From: Octopus vulgaris
Taxonomy: Eukaryota
NCBI GenBank assembly: GCA_951406725.2
Contig: OX597830.1
Location: forward strand, 34,906,001-34,970,000
Length of the DNA stretch: 64,000 nt
Direction: 5' to 3'
Shown one piece after another: positions 25,877 through 39,204 of the stretch. How positions within the stretch are numbered: position 1 is the first letter of the stretch; each line of letters begins with the position of its first letter. Under the pieces are notes generated by a model. It did no database searches and was not told where the DNA came from. It worked only from the letters and a program-made list of their open reading frames with translations. A program made the translations under genes and the position numbers.

Positions 25877-27723
25877 GTATACAACTGGTCGTATGTTGCC
25901 TTATTTCATTCATCATTTTTCTTCAGTCGAAGCAAGTGTCCTTGTCCGTGTTGCATCATGTAATTAAGTTACAAAAAGAAAATCGGAAATATCAATCAGA
26001 AAATTTGAGCAAATCAAAAACATTTCAATAAAAATGATCTCAAATATTAATATAATTAAACATAAAATTATAATTAAAACACATATCAACAAAAAAGAAA
26101 GAAATTAAAAAGATTCTTGTTTGTACATTAAAATATTAGTTTTATTTTATTTTTCCCTGAAGATATTTTCGGATTTGCTGAGACCTGTGTGGATTGTGCT
26201 TCACTTTCTTCCACTTCACACTACATTTTCCCCGCAGGGATATAAAGCTCGCGATTTTTTTCTCTCTTATATCGTTTCCCGTATGAATTTCATCAATTTA
26301 AAATGCACTAATTAAGATAACATTTGATCCCACTCCACCTGTGAGATTAATGACGCTCTTTTTTGCTTCTTTTTTTTTTTTGAAAATATAAAACATCGAA
26401 CTAAAAATACATGATGCACTGGCAAGTAATCCTACACACACACACACACACACACATACATACATACATATACACAACGAGGTTCATTCTTAACACCAAA
26501 GGGACACAAATATTTCTTTGTAAATAAACGAATAAATAAAATGAAAAATACAGCAGTACTAAAATTAGATAAATTGAAATATAAGGACAGAAGTTGCAAT
26601 GCAGACGATAACGTAGACAATGATTTCTTCTTTCTCCTCTTCCTTCTCGTCCTCCTCCACTTTGTGGCTTTTAAACGAGACTTTATCAAACAAAACAAGA
26701 GAAATACGCGCAAAAACAAATGTGTCGTTAATAATCCCATGGTAGAAACAACGAAAAGAAATACTATAATTAGATAAACTTAAAATGGGAGTTCTTTAAA
26801 TAAACACAATGTCAAACAAATGCTTCAAGACGGCAAGAAGAGTAAATAAATGAAACATAAAAATCATTTATAAAATTCTTTAAAATATAAAAAAAAAATG
26901 TACATACAAATATTTCAAGCAAACATCAAATTGTAAAATGAAGAAAAGAAATTAAAAATTGGAAAAATAACTAAAAATTGGCGTCGTCTGCTTTTATCAA
27001 TTTATCAATTCATTCCTTGGAGCAAATGTATAATTGTTCCTACTCAGTGAAATGGCCTTACGCAATTCAACAACTCACCTTTGCTATAAAATGGAATAAA
27101 TAAATAAATATTTCATTTCTGTTTTTTTTTGTTTTGTTTTGTTTTTGTTTAGTACTTGAAAGAATAAAATTATAAATTACAGTTCGTAACGACGCCATTA
27201 TCCCATGTGGCTTGGATAAAAGAGAAAAATTTGAAATAAAGCACACATTTAGCAGTTTTGCAATTTCTTCAATTGCATGAAAACAGTTTTTTGCAATAAA
27301 ATTTACTGATATCAGAGGATATAAAATAAAATCACTCGTAGATTTTATCTTTTAAAATATGAAAAAAAAAATAATAATAATAATCGCTCGGAGCAGCCTA
27401 TTAATTTGCAATTTTTTTTGTTTAAATCTACGTCCTATTGATTTTGTTTTCTAAATTGGTAGAAAGCTTCAGATTTTGTCATGGAAAACGTTAAAATGTG
27501 TCGTTCATGTTTTTCTGAAGCTCGTATATCAATCTGAATTATGAGGTGTTGGTAAGTCACCATCGATTACATATGGCTTATGGTTTTGTCCGTGGCTTTC
27601 TTCTTTTGTCATAGGTCGTAAATTGGCGTAAGCAGACAGAACATCACCTGGTATTTCTTTCGATTCTCTACGCAGTAACTTCAACCTGTCCGGGATTCAT
27701 TCTTGCCTGTTAAGGGTCAGCTA

Positions 27724-27875
27724 AACAGTACTATTCAAAGGTAATTTTCCATCGACAATGAACAAATGAGATTTAAAGTAATAGTACTATAAAGGAAACC
27801 TTGCAGTGATTAATTAGCACCTTTGCATTGTGGGTTCAAAGCCCGCCATGTTTTCCTATTTAGCGGAAGACTTAA
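27724..27875 (+). repeat. Dispersed direct repeat, copy 1 (copy 2 at 35196-35347)
   Basis: Ungapped 152-bp alignment with 20 mismatches by my count and an identical 30-bp core gttcaaagcccgccatgttttcctatttag. Confidence 0.9.
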
Positions 27876-27967
27876 GCCATCATCCGACTTGATCTCAACA
27901 TTTGGCACCTTGCTTGTCTTCAGCGAACATTCTTCTGCAAGTATTTGAAAGAGGTTACTGGTTTGAG

Positions 27968-28241
27968 GGTGGAGGGACATGGCCAAGTGGTTAGAGCAGC
28001 GGACTCGTAGTCGAGGGATCACGTGTTCGAATCTCAGACCGTGCGAGTGTGTGTTTTTGAGCGAAACACCTAAGCTCCAGCAGAAGGTAATGGCGAACTT
28101 CCGCTAATTCTTTCACCACAACTTTCTCTCACACTTTTCGCCTTCATCTAGCAGCTAACCTGAGACGAACCGGCGTCCTAATGAAACCAGGAAACTGGCC
28201 CTCATGAGCCAAGCATGGCTCGACGAGAAGGAACAAACAAC
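27968..28241 (+). mobile_element. tRNA-derived SINE (head shared with the 29590 element)
   Basis: tggccaagtggttagagcagcggactcg...gttcgaatc head, 'tctttcaccacaactttctctcac' body, approximate TSD actggtt(t)ga. Confidence 0.85.
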
Positions 28242-28269
28242 ACTGGTTGAAGATATCTCTCTTCCTCTT

Positions 28270-28769
28270 TCGACCGCTAAGTGATGAAACACAAAGTCAA
28301 AGACCTCGGCGGAATTTAAAGTCGGACGAAATACCAATGTCGTTAAGCATTTTACCGGGCGGGATAACGATTCGGCCAGCTCACAGCTTTAAAGGAATCT
28401 TTTCTACTCTAGACACAAGGCCCGGAATTTTTGTTTCGATGTGTCTTTCAGCGATGTATCTTTCAAGAGTTTACTCAAATGAAATCACAGTTGCTAAATC
28501 GTAATCCTGGGTTCAGAGGGGTAAATCATCAATCTTTATTTCATTAACCACAAGTGTAGCTCACAAGTAAAGTAGCTTTACATTTTGGTACAATGCCAGC
28601 TACTTTATGGAGAGAGAGTAGTCGATTACAAATACTTTTTAATTCATTCTTTATCATATCCTTTCCGAGTAGATGAAAAGCAAAGTTAGTGTCACCAGTT
28701 TAAACACAAATCTTTAAGAGCTGGAAGAAATGCCGCTAAGAATTTTGTACGGCTTGATATCGATTCTAC

Positions 28770-28770
<1 letters not shown>
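28270..28770 (-). mobile_element. Degenerate SINE family B fragments
   Basis: 'cggcggaatttaa', 'tactctagacacaaggcccggaattt', 'gaaatgccgctaag'. Confidence 0.6.
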
Positions 28771-28826
<56 letters not shown>

Positions 28827-29589
28827 TAGAATTCAAATATAATTGTGAGAATTTGGTGAGATTAGTGAAACATCAATCGGCTTAAATCAATTGAATATGA
28901 AATAATGGAAGTCAATCCAGTGATGTCAATGTATATATGCTAATGAAGAAAACGCTGAGATCAGTGGAATATACTGAGATCGAGAAATCCATGCTTTCAA
29001 TGATTAATATCAGTGGTTCATAAGCTGTACGCCTTGGTGCATTCGTGTGCCACGATCTGTTAATAGAAACGCTACGAAATGCCAAAAAACAATACTAGAA
29101 TATGTAAAAAATACATACTGAATATTTTGAATTTCTACAACCTTGATGACAAAGAGATATTTGAAGTTAGGTACAGAGAAATCTATATTCAATGATATAA
29201 TTAAAATTTTATAACTATACATTAAATGCATGTTTATTTGTAATTTCAGCACCAGGTACATCGAAATATTCTCATTTGCATTGATATGCATCGCAAAAAA
29301 AATGTTCCGATATTACTACATCGTACTGTTATGTAAAAGGAACTGAAATGAATTGTAATTCTTCAGATCAACATCCATAGAAGGTCAATGGCATTTAATA
29401 TAATCATGAATTCACCAAGATCAATGGATATACTTGGTGCACCAAAGCGTGTATACCAGTAGTATATATATTCAGATCACCAAGTCAACATCTTCAATCG
29501 CATATATTTAGACCACCAGGCACTAAACTCAACACTGTTTGCTCTTATTGCTTAAAGTGTAACTGATCAGTCACCGTTAGTTTCAGTAT

Positions 29590-29973
29590 TGGAAGCACTC
29601 CGTCGGTTACGACGACGAGGATTCCGGTTGATCCGAATCAACGGAACAGCCTGCTCGTGAAATTAACGTGTAAGTAGCTGAGCACTCCACAGACACGTGT
29701 ACCCTTAACGTAGTTCTCGGGGATATTCAGCGTGACACAGAGAGTGACAAGGCCGGCCCTTTGAAATACAGGTACAACAGAAACAGGAAGTAAGAGTGAG
29801 AGAAAGTTGTGGTGAAAGAGTACAGCAGGGATCACCACCATCCCTGCCGGAGCCTCGTGGAGCTTTAGGTGTTTTCGCTCAATAAACACTCACAACGCCC
29901 GGTCTGGGAATCGAAACCGCGATCCTACGACGGCGAGTCCGCTGCCCTAACCACTGGGCTATTGCGCCTCCAC
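29590..29973 (-). mobile_element. Well-preserved tRNA-derived SINE flanked by 96-bp direct repeats
   Basis: Minus head ggaggcgcaatagcccagtggttagggcagcggac...ggtttcgattccc. Flanks 29494-29589 and 29974-30069 differ at 3 sites. Confidence 0.92.
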
Positions 29974-30762
29974 TCAATCGCATATATTTAGACCAGCAGG
30001 CACTAAACTCAACACTGTTTGCTCTTATCGCTTAAAGTGTAACTGATCAGTCACTGTTAGTTTCAGTATATAAGTACGGAAGATGCTAAGCCAGCAAATG
30101 GTGAGGTGATGGCGGATACCTGAAAAAATATCATGGTGTTGCAGTACCTCTTCTGATTAAGCAGCACAATTGCCTCTCCTCAAAACACACACATCATATC
30201 CTATAGTTTGTTACATTGTTGTATTGTTTTATTTCCCATTCCTGTCCACAGTATGTTTTTTTTTAATTCGCATTGTTTTATATCAGGGACTTTCTAAAAA
30301 GTAAAGTATTAAACTGTGTAATTGGCTACACTGAATGAAAATAGAACTGTTCTATGACATTCCCTTTCTATTCTAATGTATATAACGTGTAATTTATCCG
30401 TAGAGATTCCAACGAAACGGTGAAAGTATTGTAATATTTAGAAGTAGAATATATTGACAGACGCTTGGAAACTGTTAGATACCTAGAGGTAAGTTATTAA
30501 AAAAAAACTTTAAGTCAAAACGTTTATAAGATATAAAAGCTATGTAATATTTGGAAGTAGAATATATAAGCAGATAAACGGCTGGAAATATAGTTACATA
30601 CTTAGGGGCAAATTATTAAAAAAAGCAGTGGTTAGAAAGCTATATAGGCAGTATCCATTTACTACATAAAACTTAACAGGCTTGATATTCGGGTTCATTC
30701 CTTACAACATACACAAATTTTATTAGTCAACTTCTATCGCCCGCGCTCTCTCTCTTTATATG

Positions 30763-30858
<96 letters not shown>

Positions 30859-30954
30859 TGTTATATATATATTGTTATATATATATATATATTGTTATAT
30901 ATATATATATCAAACCCCTATCTACCGGTTAACGCATTTCATGGATTGAATATA

Positions 30955-32019
30955 TTGGGTCAGCCAAAAAGTCCGGTCGGTGTTTGTCTGCGCTAAAATT
31001 CAAGCATTCCAATAAGTAGCTAATGTCAGTCTTTTCTTCCCGTAATTCGACGATATCTTGCGACGAGACAGGCTGTATTTTGTGTGCTTGGGACCACCCA
31101 TGAAATGGAGAGCCAAAACAAGCATTATTGACACCCCATGCTTTAATATTATTTTATTAAGTCAAGAAAGCAGCGAAAACCTACATGAAAATAAGCTGTG
31201 TGTGCAGAAAACTCACTGTTAAGGACTGTGTTTGCCGGAAGTAGTTTTCAAGATTTGGATAGAGAAATTCTTTGGTTGAAGATACACTTCACTCTGATCG
31301 GTCAACTGCGATTAACAGCGACAGCAATCTCTGTTAGAAGCAGGGACATCGCAGATATTCCCCAAATATCCAATTCGAATGTTAGAAAACCAACTGCATC
31401 ACCTTGGTGAAACTCAAATGATCGTGGGATAAGTGGAGCGAACCATCACAAACGCAAAAGCACGTCTTAACCCGAAGAAAGTTATGCTTTCAGTTTGGTT
31501 GGATTGGAAGGGTGTTGCCTTTTTACGAGCTTCTTCCAACGGACAAGACCATCAATTTGGATGTGCACTCTAACGTACTGGTCAAATTAAAGCAGCTCCC
31601 CACAAGAAGTGCCCAGAAATTACCAATCGCAAAAGCAATGTCATTCGTTACAAAAATTCCAGACTGGACACGTCTTTGTACACTGTAGAAGTTACTTGGG
31701 CTTGGCTGAGAGTTTGTTTTGTACTCTCCATATTCGCCCGACTTTGTGCCTTTGGATTTCCACCTGTTTCGGGTTTTCAAGATCCATTATATGGATAGCC
31801 CTTCAACTCAAACGTACATATAAAAGTTTACCTGGGAGATCTTTTTCGCAAATAAGCACAGGGAATTATTTGAGCAGAGATTAATGAATCTGCCAAAAAT
31901 ATGGCAGAAGATACTGAAACGAAATGATATCATCTCATTGATTGAATAAATTATTTTGCGTTTAGAACTTGTGTCGTAATTTTGCTTAAAAATTCGAAAG
32001 GACATTTTGGCCAAACCAT
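30955..32019 (+). mobile_element. Decayed mariner transposon
   Basis: Degenerate TIRs ttgggtcagccaaaaagtcc / ggacattttggccaaacca. Remnants PKKVMLSVWLDWKGV..YELLP..KTIN and SPYSPDFVPLDFHLF. Confidence 0.82.
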
Positions 32020-33156
32020 TAGTTTGTCATACATAATGCATTATGATTTGACAAAGGTTTATGATATCCTCCATTTGTATAAGATTCGTAGAGTTTTCTG
32101 TAGATGCCAAGCGACAAAGGAGACAATGATTTTGTTAGATTGGAAGAGAGTGAGAGAGAGAGAGAGAGAAACGTTTGAATATGGTCGACAGAATAGAAGA
32201 CAATGCAGGGTGTAAAACGATTGAAAATGAGACTGAAGACAGTTGTAAATGTGAAAAAGGCAAGAGACAGAGACAGTATGAAACGGAAATCAAACAAGAA
32301 AAAAGTGGAAGGTTGTGAAGGACAGAGAGTAAACAATGCGAAAGAACACTTAAGGGAAATGCAGAACAGAGCTGAAGTGAGATGCCAAAAAAAGGGACAA
32401 CAACAGACAAAACGTGAAATGAAACGACAAAAAGAGAGCCGAGGGAAAGAGTGAAGATATATGACACGTAAACATCGAGAAGAAGAGAGGGAGACGAGTG
32501 AGTCAGAGAAGCGGAGATTCAGAAAGATATACAAGGAGGAAACGAAAGGCGACAGAGGTATGGGAAGGCAGACAAAGCGGGAGAGAGAGAGAGAGAAAGC
32601 GGAAGAGGGAAGATAACGAAGGATTCCCTGAAAACCGCAAAAAGGAAAACACGATAAAGGAAGCTAAATGATTAAACACAAAATACATTTCAAATAAATT
32701 ATAAATTATAAATTTAAAAGTTAAATTTTAAATAATAAAATGGTGGAAACGGCGGTTAAAATTTTAGAATATGAAAAGAAAAAAATGAAGGAAAAAAGAA
32801 AATGATGAGATAGAAAATAATGAAAAGCCTCGCAAGACCATGACATAATAGGAGAAAATAAATCAAAATGTTTAAAGGAAAGAATAAATTAATGGGGATA
32901 GGGAACGTTAGAATTTGAGAGAGAGAGAGAGAGAGAGACAAAGAAAGGGGGGAAAAGATAGTGAGTGAGAAAGAGAGGGGGAGCTAAGAAAAATATTAAC
33001 TAATTGAATTGATAGAAAGCGAAAGGAAAGTAATACGTGTAAAGTTTATTGGAGTGTTACAGAATGGACTATAATATGTATGTGTAAATAAAGACATTGC
33101 TCATATGTGTGTGTGTGTGTGTGTGCGTGTGTGTATGTGACATGTATATAGACATA

Positions 33157-34398
33157 CAGGGGTTAGACAAAATAAAGGAAACACCGTAAAATTTCAAACA
33201 AATTTATTTTAATATGGGGGAGGACTGCCTTTGGCAGTAATTACAGCTTGAATTCTACGAGATATGGACTCGTACAAATTTTGATTTCTTTCCAAAGCAA
33301 ATTTTGTCCATTCTTCAGCTAAAACAGTCTCCAGTTCTTGCAGTGATGATATCGGCTCCTTTCTTGTTTTTCAAAAATGTACCATAAACGCTCAATAATA
33401 TTGAGATCTTGGGACTGTGGTGGCCAGATAAGATGTTCAACTTTACTAGAATGTTCCTCGTGTCATTCAGTATCAACTTTAGCTATGTGAATTGGTGCGT
33501 TATCTTCCTAAAATATTGTGTTTTCCTCCGGAAACAATTTCGCAACCATAGGATGAATTTGATCAGATAAAATGCTTAGTCTTGACTATTAATTCTGCCA
33601 TGAAGGGAAACCATTGGGCTAGTGGATTTCCAAGATATAGGCCCCCACCCCGATCATCACAGATCCTCCTCCATGTTTAACATTTGGAAGAAGAAAGTTT
33701 GAGTCAAATGCTTCTTTTGGCTGTCTCCACACGTAAGGTAAAGGATGACTCTTCCGAGAAAATAACATTCTTCCACTGCTCTAGGGACCAATTCTATACG
33801 CAATTCTACTCCACTCTAATCGCTTTGCAACGTTTCTTTTTGAAAGTAGTGGCTTTCTGATTGCAGCCTTCACGTGAATTCCAACTTTGTACAGCTTCCG
33901 TCGAACAGTTTTTGTGGAAACTGAACTCTCGAGGTGGTTATTAAGCTCTGCAGTAATTTTGGGAGCTGTACTTTTGTGATCCTTTCTAACAATTCGCGCA
34001 AGAGTCCGACAATCCATATCTGGAAATTTGGGTTTTCTTCCGGAGTTTTGTTTCAACGAGGTGGTTTTTCCCTCTTTCTCAAAAGCTGTCATTACTTTCG
34101 AGAAAGTACTTCTTGATACACCAAACATTTCGGCTGTTTTCCTTACACTAGCGCCAGCCATACGAGCACCAACAACTTGACCTCTTTGAAACTCCGATAA
34201 ATCTGTCATTTTAATGAATTTTAATTACCTTGTTCGGATGATAAATGAAAAGAAACAGCAAATTTAGCGAGACATATTAAGCAACACTAATAATAAATCA
34301 AAAAACATAAAAATAAACAAGCTTTTCAAGGTTTTATAGATATTTCAAAATTATGATTGTATGATGCAAGGTGTTTCCATTATTTTGTCCAACCCCTG
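33157..34398 (-). mobile_element. Full-length Tc1 (DD34E) transposon
   Basis: 29-bp TIRs caggggtt(a/g)gacaaaataa(a/t)ggaaacacc with 2 mismatches; TA target duplication on both sides. Confidence 0.95.
33209..34209 (-). pseudogene. Tc1 transposase, frameshifted
   Basis: MTDLSEFQRGQVVGAR...SGRKPK HTH region open for 142 aa; downstream VKHGGGSVM, DNAPIH and WPPQSQDLNIIE.LW occur in shifted frames. Confidence 0.92.
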
Positions 34399-35195
34399 TA
34401 TATAGAGAAGAGAAAGTAAGACACAGACACATATGTTTGGGGATATAAATGAATATTATACCAATCTAGTATGAACTATTCGAAACTGTAACAACACTTT
34501 GTAATACATAAATGTTCTTGTCATCTGAATGTTTTTTTTAACTGCCCTTAAGGATATGGGGGAGAGCCACATATATTATACTCTAATTGATTGGCCATAT
34601 TAGAAATCATATAATAATCATTCTAAAATGTAGCCAAAAAATGCCGCCCCTTTTATCATGTCATTAAGTGCAACTCCTTAGCTGTTAGTCCAACCACGGT
34701 CTATGAAGAAATGAAATATATATTTGGAAGGCATCAAGTAACAGCATCCTCTACAGCTGTTGGTGATTTACTACTTTCGTTCCCTGCCCATCTAGTATGT
34801 CATGACGAAAGCCTTTAGTGACGTTTACTGTTTCAAGTGCAGACGCTGTGTTATACATCTTTCTCCACTTGTTTCATTGCTTTTGTTTCTACAGACATAT
34901 TACTTAACAGCTCCGGTACGCCCTTTTAGTTTTCTGGAGTAATTCAAATTTCTAATCCCTATTAACTCCGATTAAATACATGCAATTTTGCGTAATCTTT
35001 GCACTCACATCTTGTTTATGCTTTTGCAATTCGAATGTGGAAACGCGTCTATTACTGTTGTACTGTGCACGTCGATGTGTGAGCAGGCAAGTATCACACT
35101 TTCTCACTCTCTGTACGTATTTAAGTTTCCCCGTAGATAGATACCGCACTGATCTGCTCATCAGCTTTCTAGTGATCCTTTGGGAGCGCATTATT

Positions 35196-35347
35196 AACAG
35201 TACCATTCAAAACTACTTTTCCATCGACACTAAACAAATGAAATCCAAAGTAAGAGCACTATACAGGAAACATTGCGGTGATTATTTCGCACCTTTACAT
35301 TGTGAGTTCAAAGCCCGCCATGTTTTCCTATTTAGTAGAAGACTTAA
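35196..35347 (+). repeat. Dispersed direct repeat, copy 2 (copy 1 at 27724-27875)
   Basis: Same alignment as copy 1, at offset 7472. Confidence 0.9.
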
Positions 35348-36414
35348 ACCCCTCACTCATTCTTTACGAGACTAATGTTCGTTTTTCCTTACCCATTCTT
35401 GGGCAAATTCTTCAAAAGGGAGATAAGCACTTTCTTGTTAAAAAATGATATTACCTTTTGCGGATGACTGGACAAAGAAAGCTTTTGTGTGTCATGATTT
35501 GGAACATAGAAACAGGTCGGTTACTATTTTTCTTGAGAGCTGTATAAAAGTCGTTTCCATCTAGAGTCAGTATTTGTATTAGCAACACTGAGTGTCATAA
35601 GTATGTGAGATATGTATTTTGAGGGCATGTTTTGGTAACATGTAATTATCCATTGTAGAGTATCAGTGGTGTCATAACTAAGTCTTGGATATCTTTGCTG
35701 ATGGGTTAATGCATTAAAGCAAGAGGGCAGCAGTGTCAACGCAATGAAAACCAGCATGGAGTTGTAGCCTGTTGTGTTCTAAAAGAGGCGAGGAAAAGCA
35801 AAACAACACAGGAGCATACAAAACTGAATAAAAGCCGTACAGTTGCTTCTGAAAGATGCTTAATACTGGTTCTTGCAGAGGGATATGAAGGAAGTTTTCA
35901 TATTCCCGGACCACGTTGCAAAACGAAGTAACGTTTTAACAGTATTTATGCGGTGTGACTTGACAACACCGAACTGTTCCGTTGATGGTTCCTCTAAAAA
36001 TGAATATGAATATAAAGTGAGCATAGAAAAGAAAGGAGTAACAAGGCTTGAGGAAAGGTACAAGACATACGAATAGAAGTGTACATTACCACAAGTGGTG
36101 TTCCGAACAGCCCGAGCTTGTCACTAAGTGCATTATGTCCTACTTATCTACTCTCGAATTTGGAATGTATAACAGAGCAATGATTGGAGTACTGAAAAGG
36201 AAAACAGATAATGCTTCATTATGGATATCACTGTGACATGAGCGTGAATGATGAAAACTGAAGACAAAGGACATGTCCTCATCATGGAGTGATATGAAAT
36301 ATCTGCAGTAAAGTTGAACTGCCAACAGATTAAAGAGGTTCGGTGTCGATGCATGGATGATGAAAAGAAGTATGTTACAGAGGTGGGCAAGAGAACGACG
36401 TTATACAAAGTTGC

Positions 36415-36448
<34 letters not shown>

Positions 36449-38331
36449 ATTTAGGGAGAGAAAGACAGAGGAGTGGTGAGTGTGTACGTATATTCATGTA
36501 TTGATATTTGTAAGCATATGAACATACTTATACAGTTGCATATAGAGATGTATGTGTGTGTTTGCGTACACCCGTGTGTATGTCTCTGCGTATCGATGTA
36601 AGTGTATGTGAAGCAACATTTCTGTTATGAAACGATGACAATTCCGTTTTTAACATTTGAATAAAGTATTCAATGTAATGCACACGTATACTTATTTGTT
36701 TATTTATTTATTTATCTATTTAATTATTTATTTATTTATTCACTCATTCATTTATTTATGCGTTTTTAATAGCATTACAGACACAGAAAAATCCGTTATT
36801 ATTTAGCTAACTGAAGAACGAAAACAATAATAATAGTTTAACAAATCTAAACAAAATCCACAGAAATCCATACAGAAAATTCTCAGAAAATTTAAATATA
36901 TATAAAACAAAAATTACATAAAATAAAATAAAATGAAATAAAATAACGACCGATATTTCAAAATAAACGCCTTGATAAGGAAGGGCGGATATATACAATG
37001 TATTCGAGTGCTCTTTTCTCTATGCAAGCAATTATAGTCTGTTTGAAGCAGTTTAAACGCCATTTTGTATTTTTATTCTAGGTTTTCAGTATTAAAATGT
37101 GACAGTAAATAGAAGACAATTTTATGTTGCGAATGAATACACCGACTACTCTGTATTTTACAAAATTATTTCCCTTCTTTTCTTTCTTGTATGTTATTTT
37201 TATTTCATATTATTTTCTTTATTGTATTTCATTTTATTTTATTTGAATTTTATATTCAAAACGATTTCTTAAAACATAACAGCCAATTTTTGTAAAATTT
37301 AAAGCTCCTATTGAAATAAAGGACTTATCACCTCTCATTTCACTCTTTAATTTATGTGATTCTGTTAGTATTGTTTCTGCGTTTTGTTTATCTTTATGTA
37401 ATTCAGAATTTAAACAAATCTTTTTCAAATTTGTTGACCTGATCCTGTCAAAAAAAAAAAAGTTTATTTTAATGCAATAAATTTTATTTCTTCTTTTATT
37501 CTTTCTTTTGTACATTTTGTTTACATTTATTTTTTTTTTATTATTTTATTATATTTCTAAATATTTTCGAGTTTCGTTGACGTTCTTCTCTGCTTTTTGT
37601 CATATCCCGTATCTTTCTTTTCTATATTATTTCTTATTTCTCTTTCAATTGTTTGTTCTATCCGAAAGAATTCTATGTCTCATGTCTGAGACTGACCTTC
37701 TTTTACAGATTCCAATCATTTGCTGACGCGAAAAACGTGAAAAGCAGAAATATGACCTCTTTTTGGAACCGTTCTTTTTCGTTCTCATTTTTCTATTCTG
37801 CTTGCGTACTTAATCTTTGCTATTCCTCACTACAAGTATGTATGTATATATATGTATGTATGCACATATGTATGTACATATGTAAGAATGCATGCATATA
37901 TGAGTGAATATATGTATACATATGTATATGTCTTTATGTATGTAAGTATATATGTATGTATACATGTATGTATATATGTGTGCGCGCGTGTGTGTGTTTG
38001 TGTGTGTGTAGTTAACAAAGTATGTCGGTAGGTAGGTTAACATGCATGTACCTGAATGCTGTATTGTCGAATACTAAAAAATTCGCTGGGCAATCATCCG
38101 AACCCGAGTTCGATTCCCCTATGTGTTAACTTAGGCAAGTGTATCTTTTTTTCTTTTTGTTTCTTTTTGCTATAACCTCAGGTCATATCGATATGGAAGT
38201 GGCGAATTGGCAGCTTCGCGGTATTACCTCCAAGTCTTTGTGTTCTGAGTTCAAATCTTAGCAAGTAACGTGGAAAGCATATACTAATCCAGGTCGGTTG
38301 GCCGGTGGAACTGTAAAAATGTTGAACATAG

Positions 38332-38500
38332 TAGGCGTGGCTGTGTTGTAAGAAGCTTGCTTCCCAACCACATAGTTCCGGGTTCAGTTCCACTGCGTGG
38401 CACCTTGGGTAAGTGCTCTCTACTATAGCCTTGGGCCGACTATAGCCTTATGAATGGATTTGGCAGGCGGAAAATCAAAGAAGCTCGTCGTGTACATACA

Positions 38501-38558
<58 letters not shown>

Positions 38559-38782
38559 GTATGTGTGTATGTATATGCATATATGTGTTTATCCCCCTAC
38601 CGTAACTTGTCAACCAATGTTGGTCTGTTTACGTGCCCGTAACTTAGCGGCTCGGCAAAAGAGTACGAGAGAATAAGTACTAGGCTTACAAAGAATAAGT
38701 TCTGTGTCGATTTGTTCAACTAGAGGCTGTGTTTCAGCATGGCAGCAGTCAAATGGCTGAAACAAGTAAATGAATAAAAGAA
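38332..38782 (+). mobile_element. SINE family A, full length
   Basis: ggcgtggctgtgttgtaagaagcttgc...gttccgggttcagttcc...agtcaaatggctgaaacaagtaaa. Confidence 0.88.
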
Positions 38783-39204
38783 TGGTACATTGCGATGTTT
38801 CTTTCCTGAAATTTTATCGAGTTCAAGTTTCAACAGAGCCTATGTGGACAGTAGGCCTAACTGGTCGTGCAATTTGATTATCTTTAGTAGTGTATATTCA
38901 AATTCAAACGGATTTGAGTGTACCTCCCACTTTACCTGCAACCTGAGTCGGAGGGTCTGTACAGGGCCATGGTGCTGTTTTCTCTCTTAAATTATAAAAT
39001 AATATATATGCAATCACACACGCATACACATCATACGCACAAAGGCCTATACATGTACAAGATGCTTTATATGCATAAAAATAGAACACCATGTGAGTAA
39101 AGAACACAATAGTAGTGTATAATCTGATATACTATGATAACTTAATTGACAGTAACTTCGAAGTTCCACAAGATGTATGGATCGTTATTACTCACTTCAC
39201 TAAG

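Noticed and set aside
29895-29973. tRNA gene
   Set aside because: It is the head of a SINE, continuous with the SINE body; the same applies to 1860 and 27968.
38936-38970. Kozak ATG plus donor on the minus strand (MALYRPSDSGC)
   Set aside because: Too short to distinguish from chance.
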